From a virus (taxonomy: Duplodnaviria; Heunggongvirae; Uroviricota; Caudoviricetes): a stretch of 64,000 bases of DNA. Where the stretch lies: the IMG/VR virus record IMGVR_UViG_3300020048_006428, positions 183,178-247,177 of that record; one strand, written 5' to 3'. The translations under genes were made by a program, and so were the position numbers. The notes beneath the pieces are model-generated. The model saw only the letters and a program-made list of their open reading frames with translations. It did not search any database and had not been told where the DNA came from. Within the stretch, counting starts at the first letter, position 1; each line of letters begins with the position of its first letter. This document shows positions 36,994 through 46,498 of the stretch, one piece after another.

Positions 36994-37446
36994 ATGATTA
37001 AAAAATTTACAAGTTTTGTAAAGGAAAATATAGATATCTATAAGTTTAAAATTAAAAAAGTCGAAGATACATTTTCTTTATTAGGTTATTTTGATGGTGA
37101 TTTAGCAGGCAGAATAGATATAACAATTTTATCAGATGCTTATACATACGAATTTGTAGATATAATGTCAGAAGATAAATATGATAGTATATTTGAAACT
37201 AGAAATGTTGCACATTTAGAAAATTTGGTAGTAGATGAATATTACCAAAATTCTGGATTGGGTAAAAAATTAATAGAATTAGCTTTTAAAGAACTTAAAA
37301 GAAGAAATATAAAAGAAATATATCTAAATGCTTATCCAAAAGGCAAAGGTTTAGATTTAACTGATTTAGTAGAATTTTATAAGAAAAGTGGTTTTAATAT
37401 TATCTTAAATCAAGGCGGTAATGTATTAATGTATTCTAAAATATAG
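36994..37446 (+). CDS. GNAT family N-acetyltransferase
   Basis: motif A VVDEYYQNSGLGKKLIELAFKELKRRNIKEIYL. Confidence 0.5.
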   Translation: MIKKFTSFVKENIDIYKFKIKKVEDTFSLLGYFDGDLAGRIDITILSDAYTYEFVDIMSEDKYDSIFETRNVAHLENLVVDEYYQNSGLGKKLIELAFKELKRRNIKEIYLNAYPKGKGLDLTDLVEFYKKSGFNIILNQGGNVLMYSKI

Positions 37447-37544
37447 CTAAAAAAAAATATAAAATAACATTATGAAATTGAATGAATTTGTAAATAATGA
37501 TAATTTAAAAGAAAAGTTTAAATCTTTGGATAGTAAATTGTACT

Positions 37545-37802
37545 ATGATACCGCCCATTTTTCAGCACCACATCAAATCGCAGAAACTGATAGAAGAAAT
37601 TAAAAAAGGTGAATATCCATGTAGATACACATTATGTATAATAGCATTAAATTTAATTGAAGAAAACTCTATTAATATTCCAGAAAGTGATTATGGTATG
37701 GTCTCTAAGATAGAAAAACATTTAATTGATTGGTGGGCAAAAAATAAATATAAATATAAATATGACAAAGGAATTAAAAATAAAAGTGCATTTAGATTCT
37801 AA
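37545..37802 (+). CDS. small hypothetical protein
   Basis: ORF. Confidence 0.25.
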   Translation: MIPPIFQHHIKSQKLIEEIKKGEYPCRYTLCIIALNLIEENSINIPESDYGMVSKIEKHLIDWWAKNKYKYKYDKGIKNKSAFRF

Positions 37803-37959
37803 ATTTGAAATTGAAGCAAACCCAAATTTAGAACATTGGAATGAAGCAACAAATGAATCAAAAGATTATTATGTAAAGCAAAGGGTTAAAGAATTTTTAA
37901 TGAATCAACTTGATGATATTATTGATGATTTAATAAAAGATAGTAAGATTGAATTTTAA
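37726..37959 (+). CDS. small hypothetical protein
   Basis: ORF overlapping previous. Confidence 0.25.
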   Translation: MIGGQKINININMTKELKIKVHLDSKFEIEANPNLEHWNEATNESKDYYVKQRVKEFLMNQLDDIIDDLIKDSKIEF

Positions 37960-38045
37960 AAAATTTTTAAGAATAAGTTTGGATTTTCTAAACTTATTCT
38001 TTATATTTACATACAATTATATTAAACCAAATATAAATCTTTCTA

Positions 38046-39554
38046 ATGATAGAATTAACAAATACACAAAATATTACTGGTTCAACCTATTCTTCTGAAC
38101 ATTATGCAGAATATAATAAGACAGGAAATAAAAATCTTTTTGAAGAAGTTATTGATAAACTTATTCTTGATAAATATTCAGAAGATGAAGATTTGAAAGA
38201 AGCTATTGCCGAAGCATCCCTAAAAGATAAACGATTAGCAATTTTATCTTTAATGGGTCATAATACATTATGGAGTAAATTAGTAGATATTATAAATGGT
38301 AATAAACTATCAAAAATAGAACATTTAAAGGAAGTAATATTAATGCTTCGTGAATATGTAAAGGTTGGTGAAGTAGAAAAGAAAAAATTTGGAGAGGTCA
38401 TGACTGACCTAAATCTGGTGAAGCACCTATTATCAAGGATTCCAGAAGATGATTTTAAAAATCCTAATAAAACATTTATTGATCTAGCAAATGGAACGGG
38501 TGTTTTTCCCCTTATAATTATTTATAGACTTATGATTGGATTGGAAAGTGTGTTTCCAGATTCAGAAGAAAGATATAAGCATATTGTTGAAAATCAAATA
38601 TTCATTTCTGAAATACAACCAAAAAATATGTTCTTATATCTATGTTTGATAGATCCATATGATGAATATAAATTAAATATTTATATAGGTTCGTCACTTG
38701 ATGATGGGCTTAGAAAACATATGAAAGATGTGTGGAAAAAAGAATCTTTTTCATATAGTGTTGGTAATCCCCCATTTAATCAGATGATTGATATGAAATT
38801 TGTTAAATTATCATATGAAATTGCTCATGTTACTTGTATAGTTCACCCATCAACTTGGCTTTTAGATGAAAAGGGTAAACAAAAAGCATTTTTAGACACC
38901 AAAAATTTAATTAAAGATCATTTAGAAAGCATTGAATTATTTAATGGAAATAAAATATTTGGTATAGCATTGTTTGTTCCTTGTGTAATAATTTATATTG
39001 ATAAAAACAAAAAAACTAAAGGAATCAAATGTGTTGATAAGATTAATAATATTGAAATAACATATGATAATATTTATCAAATAAATAAATATTCTAACAT
39101 AAATGAATACTTTTCAATAAAGAAAAAAATAAAAGATAAATCAAGTAATAATTTACTTTTATTTAAAAATAAAATAAATGGTGAATTTTTTATTAATATA
39201 TCACAAATACGAGGTAATGTTAATCTAAAATCAAATGATAATATGGTTCAAGATGACTTCTATACGATTGTAACAAAAGATACAGATATATCAGATATTA
39301 ACAAAAAACACATTTTTTATTCTTTTGATAATAATTTAAAAGCAAAAAACTTTTTAGATTATTTGAAAAGTGATTTTTCTAGATTTTGTCTATCAATATA
39401 TAAAAATAATTCACAACTTGATAGAGGTGAATTGGAAATAATTCCATGGTTGGATTTTACACAAGAATGGACTGATGAAAAACTATATAAAGAATTTGAT
39501 CTAACTGATGAAGAAATTAAATTTATCAATAAACATATACCAAAATATTATTAA
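38046..39554 (+). CDS. Eco57I-type N6-adenine DNA methyltransferase (no nuclease domain seen)
   Basis: motif I IDLANGTGVF, motif IV GNPPFNQ. Confidence 0.55.
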   Translation: MIELTNTQNITGSTYSSEHYAEYNKTGNKNLFEEVIDKLILDKYSEDEDLKEAIAEASLKDKRLAILSLMGHNTLWSKLVDIINGNKLSKIEHLKEVILMLREYVKVGEVEKKKFGEVMTDLNLVKHLLSRIPEDDFKNPNKTFIDLANGTGVFPLIIIYRLMIGLESVFPDSEERYKHIVENQIFISEIQPKNMFLYLCLIDPYDEYKLNIYIGSSLDDGLRKHMKDVWKKESFSYSVGNPPFNQMIDMKFVKLSYEIAHVTCIVHPSTWLLDEKGKQKAFLDTKNLIKDHLESIELFNGNKIFGIALFVPCVIIYIDKNKKTKGIKCVDKINNIEITYDNIYQINKYSNINEYFSIKKKIKDKSSNNLLLFKNKINGEFFINISQIRGNVNLKSNDNMVQDDFYTIVTKDTDISDINKKHIFYSFDNNLKAKNFLDYLKSDFSRFCLSIYKNNSQLDRGELEIIPWLDFTQEWTDEKLYKEFDLTDEEIKFINKHIPKYY

Positions 39555-39560
39555 TAAAAA

Positions 39561-39752
39561 ATGATAGACATATACTTCATAGAATTTTATATATTCAAAA
39601 AGCATAATAAACGACTTGAAGAATACTTTGATGTTACAAAGTCAGTAGCATCAGCTTGGCGGAATAAATCTTTCCCTGATAGAAGATTAAAAGAATTTGA
39701 ATATAGGGAAGGAACATTAGATGCTTTTGAATTATTTAAAAAAATATACTAA
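39561..39752 (+). CDS. small XRE/Cro-like HTH protein, paralogue of 43427 and 43621
   Basis: KSVASAWRNKSFPDRRLKEF resembles HTH_XRE recognition helix region; three paralogues. Confidence 0.35.
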   Translation: MIDIYFIEFYIFKKHNKRLEEYFDVTKSVASAWRNKSFPDRRLKEFEYREGTLDAFELFKKIY

Positions 39753-39764
39753 AACCCCAAAAGG

Positions 39765-39804
39765 AAAGCGAACTTTTTTATATATACAATAAAAAAGTTC
39801 GCTT
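39765..39804 (+). terminator. terminator hairpin (14-bp stem)
   Basis: aagcgaactttttt ... aaaaaagttcgctt. Confidence 0.55.
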
Positions 39805-40614
39805 ATGTATAATTTATATTATTTGAAATCTACGCTTGATGATAAAATTTATGTTGGTATAACCAATAATCCGGAACGTAGATATTATGAACACATCCAC
39901 TACACAGTTGAAAAAAATCACTACAATGGAAATTGGATAAGAAAGACACTTAAAAATGGTGGTGAAATAAAAATGGAAGTTGTTTTATCCAATTTAACAA
40001 AAAAAGCAGCAATTCAATTAGAAATTAGATTAATTGAAATGTTAAAAAAACTAACACCTAAATATATTACTAATACAGCACAAGGGGGTTATGGATTCAA
40101 TCACAAAGGAATACCACATTCAGAAGAACATAAAAAAGCTTTAGAAAAAGCCCAACCACATAAAGTTAGAATTCCAAAAGATATACTCTATGATTTATAT
40201 GTAAATAAAAAATTATCAAAGAAGAAAATAGGTAAAATTTATAATTGTGGACCTACAACTATTGATAGAAGATTAATTGAATATGGTATACAAGCTAGAA
40301 CAACAATTAATTATAAAGTTAGCTATAAATTAGATAAGGATGAAATATTAGATATGTTCATAAATAAACAAATTAGTATATCTGAAATAGCAAATATATT
40401 TAATATTGGTGATAATGGAATTCGGTCTTTATTAAAAAGGGAAGGTATAGACACTGGATTAAATAAAAACAAATTAAAATATGATAGAATAAAAATCAAA
40501 GAAAGATATTTAATTCTATTAAATGAAAACAAAAAGAAAAAAGAAATATATGATATTATAACAAAAGAATTCAATTTAAAAGATAGATATTCTATATCAA
40601 AATGTGTTAGATAA
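39805..40614 (+). CDS. GIY-YIG endonuclease-like protein
   Basis: YNLYYLKSTLDDKIYVGITNNPERRYYEH. Confidence 0.55.
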   Translation: MYNLYYLKSTLDDKIYVGITNNPERRYYEHIHYTVEKNHYNGNWIRKTLKNGGEIKMEVVLSNLTKKAAIQLEIRLIEMLKKLTPKYITNTAQGGYGFNHKGIPHSEEHKKALEKAQPHKVRIPKDILYDLYVNKKLSKKKIGKIYNCGPTTIDRRLIEYGIQARTTINYKVSYKLDKDEILDMFINKQISISEIANIFNIGDNGIRSLLKREGIDTGLNKNKLKYDRIKIKERYLILLNENKKKKEIYDIITKEFNLKDRYSISKCVR

Positions 40615-40677
40615 AAAAAATATAAAAAGTGAATTAGATTGAAAGAATGAAATAAAAAATAAAAAATAAGATATAAA

Positions 40678-41433
40678 ATGACATTTTTAGAAGCAGCAAC
40701 ATATACACTAATACAAAATGGTAATCAACCAATGTCATCAAATGAAATATGGGATTATATAAAACAAAATAATTTATACAAAACAAATGGTAAAACCCCC
40801 TGGGCAACACTCAGTACTATTTTATTAAAACATTCAGATAATAGTAAAGTAAATGGTAAATATAAAGAAATAATACTAACAATTGTATCAAAAAATCCTA
40901 TCAAATATATATTATTAAACTTTAACACACCAACCAATTTAATAGAAGATACAGAAGATACAGAAGATATAGAAGAAGAACTAACTGTTCTAACTGAAAA
41001 AGTTCTTTTATATCAAATAACATCAAAAGAATTGGGTTGGAAAAAATTATCAGTTTATAATAATAATGAAAATATAGAATATGAAATTTCTGATTGTGAA
41101 GAATATACATATATTATGGAAGATAAAGCACACGCTACCATAAAAATAGGTAAAACAAAGAACGATCCTGAATTAAGATTGAATCAGTTAAAAACTGGAA
41201 ACCCATCAATATCATTATTACATATTTTCCCATCATCACAATATTGCGAAAGTGAATTACACGAAAAATTTAATGATTTTCAAAAAGACTTAGAATGGTT
41301 CTTTTATACAAAAGGACTTAAAAACTTTATGAATGATGAATTGAAGAAATATAAATATATTATCAGTTCATATAATATGAAAATGGAACTGGATAAAATA
41401 GAAAAAGAAATGTTGGAAAATATTTCTTTTTAA
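40678..41433 (+). CDS. HARE-HTH + T5orf172 (MUG113/GIY-YIG-like) domain protein
   Basis: N-terminus MTFLEAATYTLIQNGNQPMSSNEIWDYI; C-terminus ATIKIGKTKNDPELRLNQLKTGNP..ESELHEKF. Confidence 0.5.
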   Translation: MTFLEAATYTLIQNGNQPMSSNEIWDYIKQNNLYKTNGKTPWATLSTILLKHSDNSKVNGKYKEIILTIVSKNPIKYILLNFNTPTNLIEDTEDTEDIEEELTVLTEKVLLYQITSKELGWKKLSVYNNNENIEYEISDCEEYTYIMEDKAHATIKIGKTKNDPELRLNQLKTGNPSISLLHIFPSSQYCESELHEKFNDFQKDLEWFFYTKGLKNFMNDELKKYKYIISSYNMKMELDKIEKEMLENISF

Positions 41434-41620
41434 TTTGCGCCAACTTAATTATTTAAACCAATATAAAAATCTAAAGATTTGAATTGTAAAAACCTACATG
41501 TATTCTGTGATAAACTATACAAAAAATGGAATGATAATTATTCAGAAGAATGTATAATAACTGATTTGACAGATTTAAGAGGTATTATACATTCAGAATC
41601 TCACTAAAATCTTAAAAATT

Positions 41621-41860
41621 ATGGAAAATAAATTTGAAGAAAAACTTAGACTTGGTTATGAAGAATATCTTAAACTACCAAAAGCAGAATGCACTGGTGT
41701 AAACAGCGAAGCCGAACTATATAAAAATAAATGGTATATTATTATGGGTAGGTCTATTGTTCACCCACATCCACATAGACACTATACATTTTTAGAGTTC
41801 GTATATTGGTGTGGAAAGAACGAAAAACTATACAACAGATTCTTAAAATCCGAAAAATAA
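41621..41860 (+). CDS. small hypothetical protein
   Basis: ORF. Confidence 0.3.
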   Translation: MENKFEEKLRLGYEEYLKLPKAECTGVNSEAELYKNKWYIIMGRSIVHPHPHRHYTFLEFVYWCGKNEKLYNRFLKSEK

Positions 41861-41871
41861 ATTAAAAAATT

Positions 41872-42173
41872 ATGAAAATAGAAAGAATTTTAATGAATAA
41901 TATAAACAAAGATATGTTAAAAGAGTATATCAACACTAAATATGCAGATAAATATAATGTGATTGATATTAAATCAATTGTTCCTTATAAGTTTCTTTAT
42001 AAGGAAGGATTTTTTGATACTATTCAGATAGAATGGAATGGTTATTGGGTTATAGAGATGGTAGTTGGGTTTATCATAACGATAGAACAATTCAATTTAA
42101 TTTATCTTCTTATCAAGAATGGTTGGCTGATATTAGAAATAAAAATTTAGAAGAATTACTAAGTAATATATGA
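41872..42173 (+). pseudogene. mosaic array gene 1, apparent -1 frameshift after IEWNGYW
   Basis: frame A gives IEWNGYW then junk to 42150; -1 frame gives YRDGSWVYHNDRTIQFNLSSYQEWLADIRNKNLEELL matching family C-terminus, stop 42171-42173. Confidence 0.4.
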
Positions 42174-42454
42174 TAAACAAGTATATGTTAAAAGAGTATA
42201 TCAATACTGAATTTGCAGATGTATATAATTTGATTGATATTAAATCAATTGCTATTTATACAAAAGTATTTGGTGGTAATATAATAGCTGATATTATTCA
42301 GATAGAGTGGGTTGGTTGGTGGAGTAATTATAATGGGACTTGGATTTATAGTGATAATAGAACAAATCAATTTAATTTAGATTTATATAAAGAATGGTTG
42401 GTTGATATTAGAGATAAAAAATTAGAAGAATTATTGGATTATACCTTAGATTAA
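42170..42454 (+). CDS. mosaic array gene 2 (IEW..W / NRTNQFNLDLYKEWLVDIRDKKLEELL family)
   Basis: ORF; C-terminal 215 nt identical to gene 3. Confidence 0.5.
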   Translation: MINKYMLKEYINTEFADVYNLIDIKSIAIYTKVFGGNIIADIIQIEWVGWWSNYNGTWIYSDNRTNQFNLDLYKEWLVDIRDKKLEELLDYTLD

Positions 42455-42555
42455 TTTTTATGATAATAGACAAGGATAAATTAAAAGAGTATATCCATAC
42501 AAAATATGGACATAAATATCGTGTGGTTGAAATTCATACAATATCCATTCGTAAG
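42341..42555 (+). repeat. 215-nt direct repeat (1 mismatch) with 42691-42905, period 350 nt
   Basis: tggatttatagtgataa(t/a)agaacaaatcaattt ... atatccattcgtaag in both. Confidence 0.8.
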
Positions 42556-42804
42556 GTTACATTTTATTGGGATGAAATAAATCAAGATTCAAGATACTAT
42601 TTAACTGCTAAGAAAAATAGATCTGTTCAAATTGATATGATTAAAATAGAATGGTCTGGTTGTATTAATGAATACTATAATCTAAATACTTGGATTTATA
42701 GTGATAAAAGAACAAATCAATTTAATTTAGATTTATATAAAGAATGGTTGGTTGATATTAGAGATAAAAAATTAGAAGAATTATTGGATTATACCTTAGA
42801 TTAA
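42460..42804 (+). CDS. mosaic array gene 3
   Basis: 5' ~100 nt identical to gene 4, 3' ~120 nt identical to gene 2. Confidence 0.5.
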   Translation: MIIDKDKLKEYIHTKYGHKYRVVEIHTISIRKVTFYWDEINQDSRYYLTAKKNRSVQIDMIKIEWSGCINEYYNLNTWIYSDKRTNQFNLDLYKEWLVDIRDKKLEELLDYTLD

Positions 42805-42809
42805 TTTTT

Positions 42810-43127
42810 ATGATAATAGACAAGGATAAATTAAAAGAGTATATCCATACAAAATATGGACATAAATATCGTGTGGTTGAAATTCATACAATATCCATTC
42901 GTAAGATTGAATATTATGAAGAATCTGTTGATTTTAATGGTATATATGATGTTATTAAGATAGAATGGGCTGGTTGGAAAGTTGTTAGTAAACATACACA
43001 TAATCCAAAATTTAAGGATAATTGGACTTATGTTGTTAATAGATTAAGCCGATTTAAGTTAGAAGATTATCAAGAATGGTTGACTGGTATTAGAGATAAA
43101 AAATTAGAAGAATTATTGGATTATTAA
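42810..43127 (+). CDS. mosaic array gene 4
   Basis: shares 5' module with gene 3, divergent middle. Confidence 0.5.
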   Translation: MIIDKDKLKEYIHTKYGHKYRVVEIHTISIRKIEYYEESVDFNGIYDVIKIEWAGWKVVSKHTHNPKFKDNWTYVVNRLSRFKLEDYQEWLTGIRDKKLEELLDY

Positions 43128-43160
43128 TTAATATATACATTATAAAATTTAACTAACTAT

Positions 43161-43340
43161 ATGGAAAAATTAAACGAATTATTAAATCCAAAAAAGGTTT
43201 TAACAGATGATGAAAAAATTCAATTGTTGAAAAATAAACATCCTGGTAAATATGATGATTTACAAAAACCAACACTTGGTAGCGCATTTAGAAATTGGTC
43301 AGATGAAGATATTCAAGAAGTCTTGGATCTACTTAAATAG
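43161..43340 (+). CDS. small hypothetical protein (59 aa)
   Basis: MEKLNELLNPKKVLTDDEKIQLLKNKHPGKYDDL..; below track cutoff. Confidence 0.3.
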   Translation: MEKLNELLNPKKVLTDDEKIQLLKNKHPGKYDDLQKPTLGSAFRNWSDEDIQEVLDLLK

Positions 43341-43357
43341 ATATTAAAAAAACAATA

Positions 43358-43391
43358 TAAACAATCGTCAATTATATGGCGATTGTTTTTT
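43358..43391 (+). terminator. terminator hairpin
   Basis: aaacaatcgtcaattatatggcgattgtttttt. Confidence 0.5.
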
Positions 43392-43426
43392 AATTAAACA
43401 AAACAAAATTATAGAATATAATATAT

Positions 43427-43618
43427 ATGGACTTTTTATTTTTACAATTTTATATAAAGAAAAAATACAACCAATCGGTTGATGAATATTTTTCAGTTGG
43501 TAAACAAAGTGTTTCTGATTGGAGAAGATCTTCTAAAATACCACCACAAAGACTTTTAGAATTTCTTGAAAAAGAAGGATCAATGGATCCAAAAGAATTA
43601 ATATTTAAAATTTATTAA
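43427..43618 (+). CDS. small XRE-like HTH protein, tandem copy 1
   Basis: MDFLFLQFYIKKKYNQSVDEYFSVGKQSVSDWRRSSKIPPQRLLEF. Confidence 0.4.
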   Translation: MDFLFLQFYIKKKYNQSVDEYFSVGKQSVSDWRRSSKIPPQRLLEFLEKEGSMDPKELIFKIY

Positions 43619-43620
43619 CT

Positions 43621-43818
43621 ATGGACTTTTTATTTTTACAGTTTTATATAAAGAAGAAATACAACCAATCAATTGATGAATATTTTAGTATAGGAAAACA
43701 AAGTACTTCTGATTGGAAGGTAGCTAATAAAATACCACCCCAAAGAATATTAGAATTCTATGACAAAGAAGGTTCTATTGATATCCTTATTTTATTCAAG
43801 AAATTATATAATTTATAA
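43621..43818 (+). CDS. small XRE-like HTH protein, tandem copy 2
   Basis: first 20 aa identical to 43427 ORF. Confidence 0.4.
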   Translation: MDFLFLQFYIKKKYNQSIDEYFSIGKQSTSDWKVANKIPPQRILEFYDKEGSIDILILFKKLYNL

Positions 43819-43829
43819 TCTTTAACCTA

Positions 43830-44170
43830 TATAATAGGGAAGAGGTTATATTTTTATATATACTTATGTATTATAACATAAGGTCTTAAAATTGTTTGCC
43901 CCTAAATTTCTAAGTCAAAAAGAGATTGAATCAAAGATTATAGTTTTGCTTGACTAAAGCCTATATTTGTAAAATTTGTATAGGAAAACATCAATTTATC
44001 CGCAACTCCTGCTCTGATTTACCGATTATCAACAGGGACCTTAAAGATATAAATTAAATAGGATAAAATTGCCCCAGGTAGAGGGGAAGCATTCAAGGCT
44101 GTGAAAAGTGATTTGACTTTATTCTCACTTGGACATATCTTAAAGATTTCTTTAAGGTAGAAGAATCGGT
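43830..44170 (+). other. ~340-nt noncoding region with elevated GC; candidate structured RNA
   Basis: no ORF; locally GC-richer segments ccgcaactcctgctctgatttaccg and gccccaggtagaggggaagcattcaaggctgtg. Confidence 0.2.
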
Positions 44171-44290
44171 ATATAATTTTTTATATATAAAAACAAGATA
44201 TAACTAATTTTATTTTGATTGGGGCTAAAGAGAATGGACTTCCACCAAATTATATAAAATATATAGAAAGCTTTGAAACTAAAAATATAA

Positions 44291-45187
44291 ATGGACAAAG
44301 ATAGGTTATTAAAATATGGACAATTCTTAAAAGAAGCTTTGGATCCATGGAAATTAAAACAAGGTATAAAGTCATTTAATAGACAACCTGAAGAAATGTT
44401 AACTATTGATGGTGATTTAAAAGATCTATCTAGTAAATTAACAACTGAACTATCCAATATAAAATTACCATATACAAAATTATTAAATTTTGGTGGAATT
44501 GAAGTTGATATTAAAATAATACAATCAAATAAAAATTATTCCAAAGTTGATTGGGCTAAGTTTTTAAAAGGTGATTATGAAATAATAATAGAAGTAGAAG
44601 AAAATTATGATTTAAACTATGCTATATCAACTATTATACATGAATTAAGACATATGTTAGATTTCTGTGATGAAAACCTAAATTCAGGTTTATCATCTTT
44701 TGATATAGATAAAAATCTAAGAAAATATAATATTGATATATTTAATCAATTTTATATACTTGTTTATATTTCATTAGAACACGAATTAGTAGCCAGGAAT
44801 AATCAAATATATCCATATATTAAATTTAAAAATCTAACCAAAGAAGAATCAATTGAAATATTAAAAAAATCTTTTATTTGGAAAGCATTAGAAATGCTTA
44901 AAGGATTTGATTATAATGGATTCATAAATAAATTTGATATATCAACACTAATAAATATAACTAATAATTTTATAAAAGATTGTTTATATGACAATGAATC
45001 ATATATTGAAAATATAGATGAATTAAGAAATTTCTATAAAATATGGGATGAATATTTTAATGAAATATCAGATAAATGGAAAAAATTATTATTAAGGGAA
45101 GTTGATTATGTATATGAAAGAAAAATAAATAATCAATTTATATCATATAAAGATGTAATTATTGACATTTGGAAACGGATTAAATAA
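44291..45187 (+). CDS. hypothetical protein with HExxH motif (IIHELRHMLD)
   Basis: ORF; possible zinc metallopeptidase-like motif. Confidence 0.4.
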   Translation: MDKDRLLKYGQFLKEALDPWKLKQGIKSFNRQPEEMLTIDGDLKDLSSKLTTELSNIKLPYTKLLNFGGIEVDIKIIQSNKNYSKVDWAKFLKGDYEIIIEVEENYDLNYAISTIIHELRHMLDFCDENLNSGLSSFDIDKNLRKYNIDIFNQFYILVYISLEHELVARNNQIYPYIKFKNLTKEESIEILKKSFIWKALEMLKGFDYNGFINKFDISTLINITNNFIKDCLYDNESYIENIDELRNFYKIWDEYFNEISDKWKKLLLREVDYVYERKINNQFISYKDVIIDIWKRIK

Positions 45188-45218
45188 ATTAAAATTTTGT
45201 TATATAAAATATATTACT

Positions 45219-45226
45219 TATCTTTG
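45219..45226 (+). promoter_or_regulatory. Bacteroidota sigmaA-type promoter: TTTG (45196-45199) - N19 - TATCTTTG
   Basis: 23 nt before ATG 45249. Confidence 0.45.
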
Positions 45227-45248
45227 TTTCAAAGTATATAAAACTAAA

Positions 45249-45917
45249 ATGGATAAGATTACACATAATGCATTCATAAACATTCTCCATAAAGATTATG
45301 GGGAATGTTTTATTAAGGTTCTATCCAAAAGAACCTTTAATGATTTAATAAAAGAAATAGATCATATTTCTGATAATTCAGGTTTTTATGGTTATTCTGA
45401 TAGTGATGATGACACATCAAATACTGGTAAGAATAAGTTTGTAGGTGACTTATTTGAAATATTCACAGAAGCTTTCTTTATACAGTTTAAATCTGATAAT
45501 AGAATAGGTATATTTGATTATAAACCGGTTCCATCAGAAGATGATAATGGTGTTGATGGTTTTGGTAAGAATATATCAGGACTTCCTTGTACAATACAAA
45601 TAAAATATAGAAGTAACCCAACTTATAAACTAACAGAAAGGGATATAAAGCAATTTGCTTATCAAAGTATTATTAATTATAATGTTGATTATAAAAGGAA
45701 TGATACTATGATAATATTTACCAATTGTGATGGTTTACATTGGTATACAGAATCTAAAGTATTTGATAATAAGTTAAGAGTTATAAATGGAAAGACAATA
45801 TCAAAATTAATAGATAATAATGAAGGATTTTGGAACTCTTTTAAAGAAATTATCATTAATAGTGTTAATGAAGTTGGTATTGATAAATTAACTGAAATAT
45901 TTAAAGAAAAATTATAA
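45249..45917 (+). CDS. Mrr-cat-like PD-(D/E)xK restriction endonuclease-like protein
   Basis: GDLFEIFTEAFF...DDNGVDGFG resembles Mrr catalytic domain. Confidence 0.45.
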   Translation: MDKITHNAFINILHKDYGECFIKVLSKRTFNDLIKEIDHISDNSGFYGYSDSDDDTSNTGKNKFVGDLFEIFTEAFFIQFKSDNRIGIFDYKPVPSEDDNGVDGFGKNISGLPCTIQIKYRSNPTYKLTERDIKQFAYQSIINYNVDYKRNDTMIIFTNCDGLHWYTESKVFDNKLRVINGKTISKLIDNNEGFWNSFKEIIINSVNEVGIDKLTEIFKEKL

Positions 45918-45918
45918 T

Positions 45919-46497
45919 ATGAATATACACCAACACCAACAAACAATAACAAAAGAAGATAGAATTAAACTAACAAATCAAACACCGTTTGTTATTTGGT
46001 TTACTGGGTTATCCGGTTCAGGTAAAAGCACAATTGCCAATGAACTATCAAAAAAGCTATATGAATTAGGAAAACTTAGTTATATATTAGATGGTGATAA
46101 TATCAGATTAGGTCTTAATAAAGATTTAGGATTTTCAGAAACTGATAGAAAGGAAAACATAAGAAGAATTTCCGAAGTTGCAAAACTAATGGTGGATTCT
46201 GGTATATTAGTAATAACTGCCTTTATATCACCTTTTGCTGCTGATCGAGAATCAGCTAAACAAATTATAGGAAATGAAAATTTTATTGAAGTGTTTATTG
46301 ATACACCACTTGAAGTTTGTGAACAAAGGGATCCAAAAGGTTTATATAAAAAAGCTAGAATAGGGGAAATTAAACAATTTACTGGAATTAGTTCACCTTA
46401 TGAGTTTCCGGTTAATCCAGATTTAACTATAACAACAAATGAAACCGAAGAAGAATCAAGTCAAAAGATTCTTGATTTTATTAAAAATAAAATTTAA
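45919..46497 (+). CDS. cysC: adenylylsulfate (APS) kinase
   Basis: VIWFTGLSGSGKSTIA..LDGDNIRLGLNKDLGFSETDRKENIRRISEVAKLM..ITAFISP..FIEVFIDTPLEVCEQRDPKGLYKKARIGEIKQFTGI about 55% identical to E. coli CysC by eye. Confidence 0.8.
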   Translation: MNIHQHQQTITKEDRIKLTNQTPFVIWFTGLSGSGKSTIANELSKKLYELGKLSYILDGDNIRLGLNKDLGFSETDRKENIRRISEVAKLMVDSGILVITAFISPFAADRESAKQIIGNENFIEVFIDTPLEVCEQRDPKGLYKKARIGEIKQFTGISSPYEFPVNPDLTITTNETEEESSQKILDFIKNKI

Positions 46498-46498
46498 T

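Noticed and set aside
44220-44300. ggggctaaagagaatggacttccaccaa as a possible tmRNA 5'/3' fragment
   Set aside because: No T-arm (GGTTCGAnTCC), no tag reading frame ending in a stop, and no acceptor pairing; it overlaps the start region of ORF 44291.
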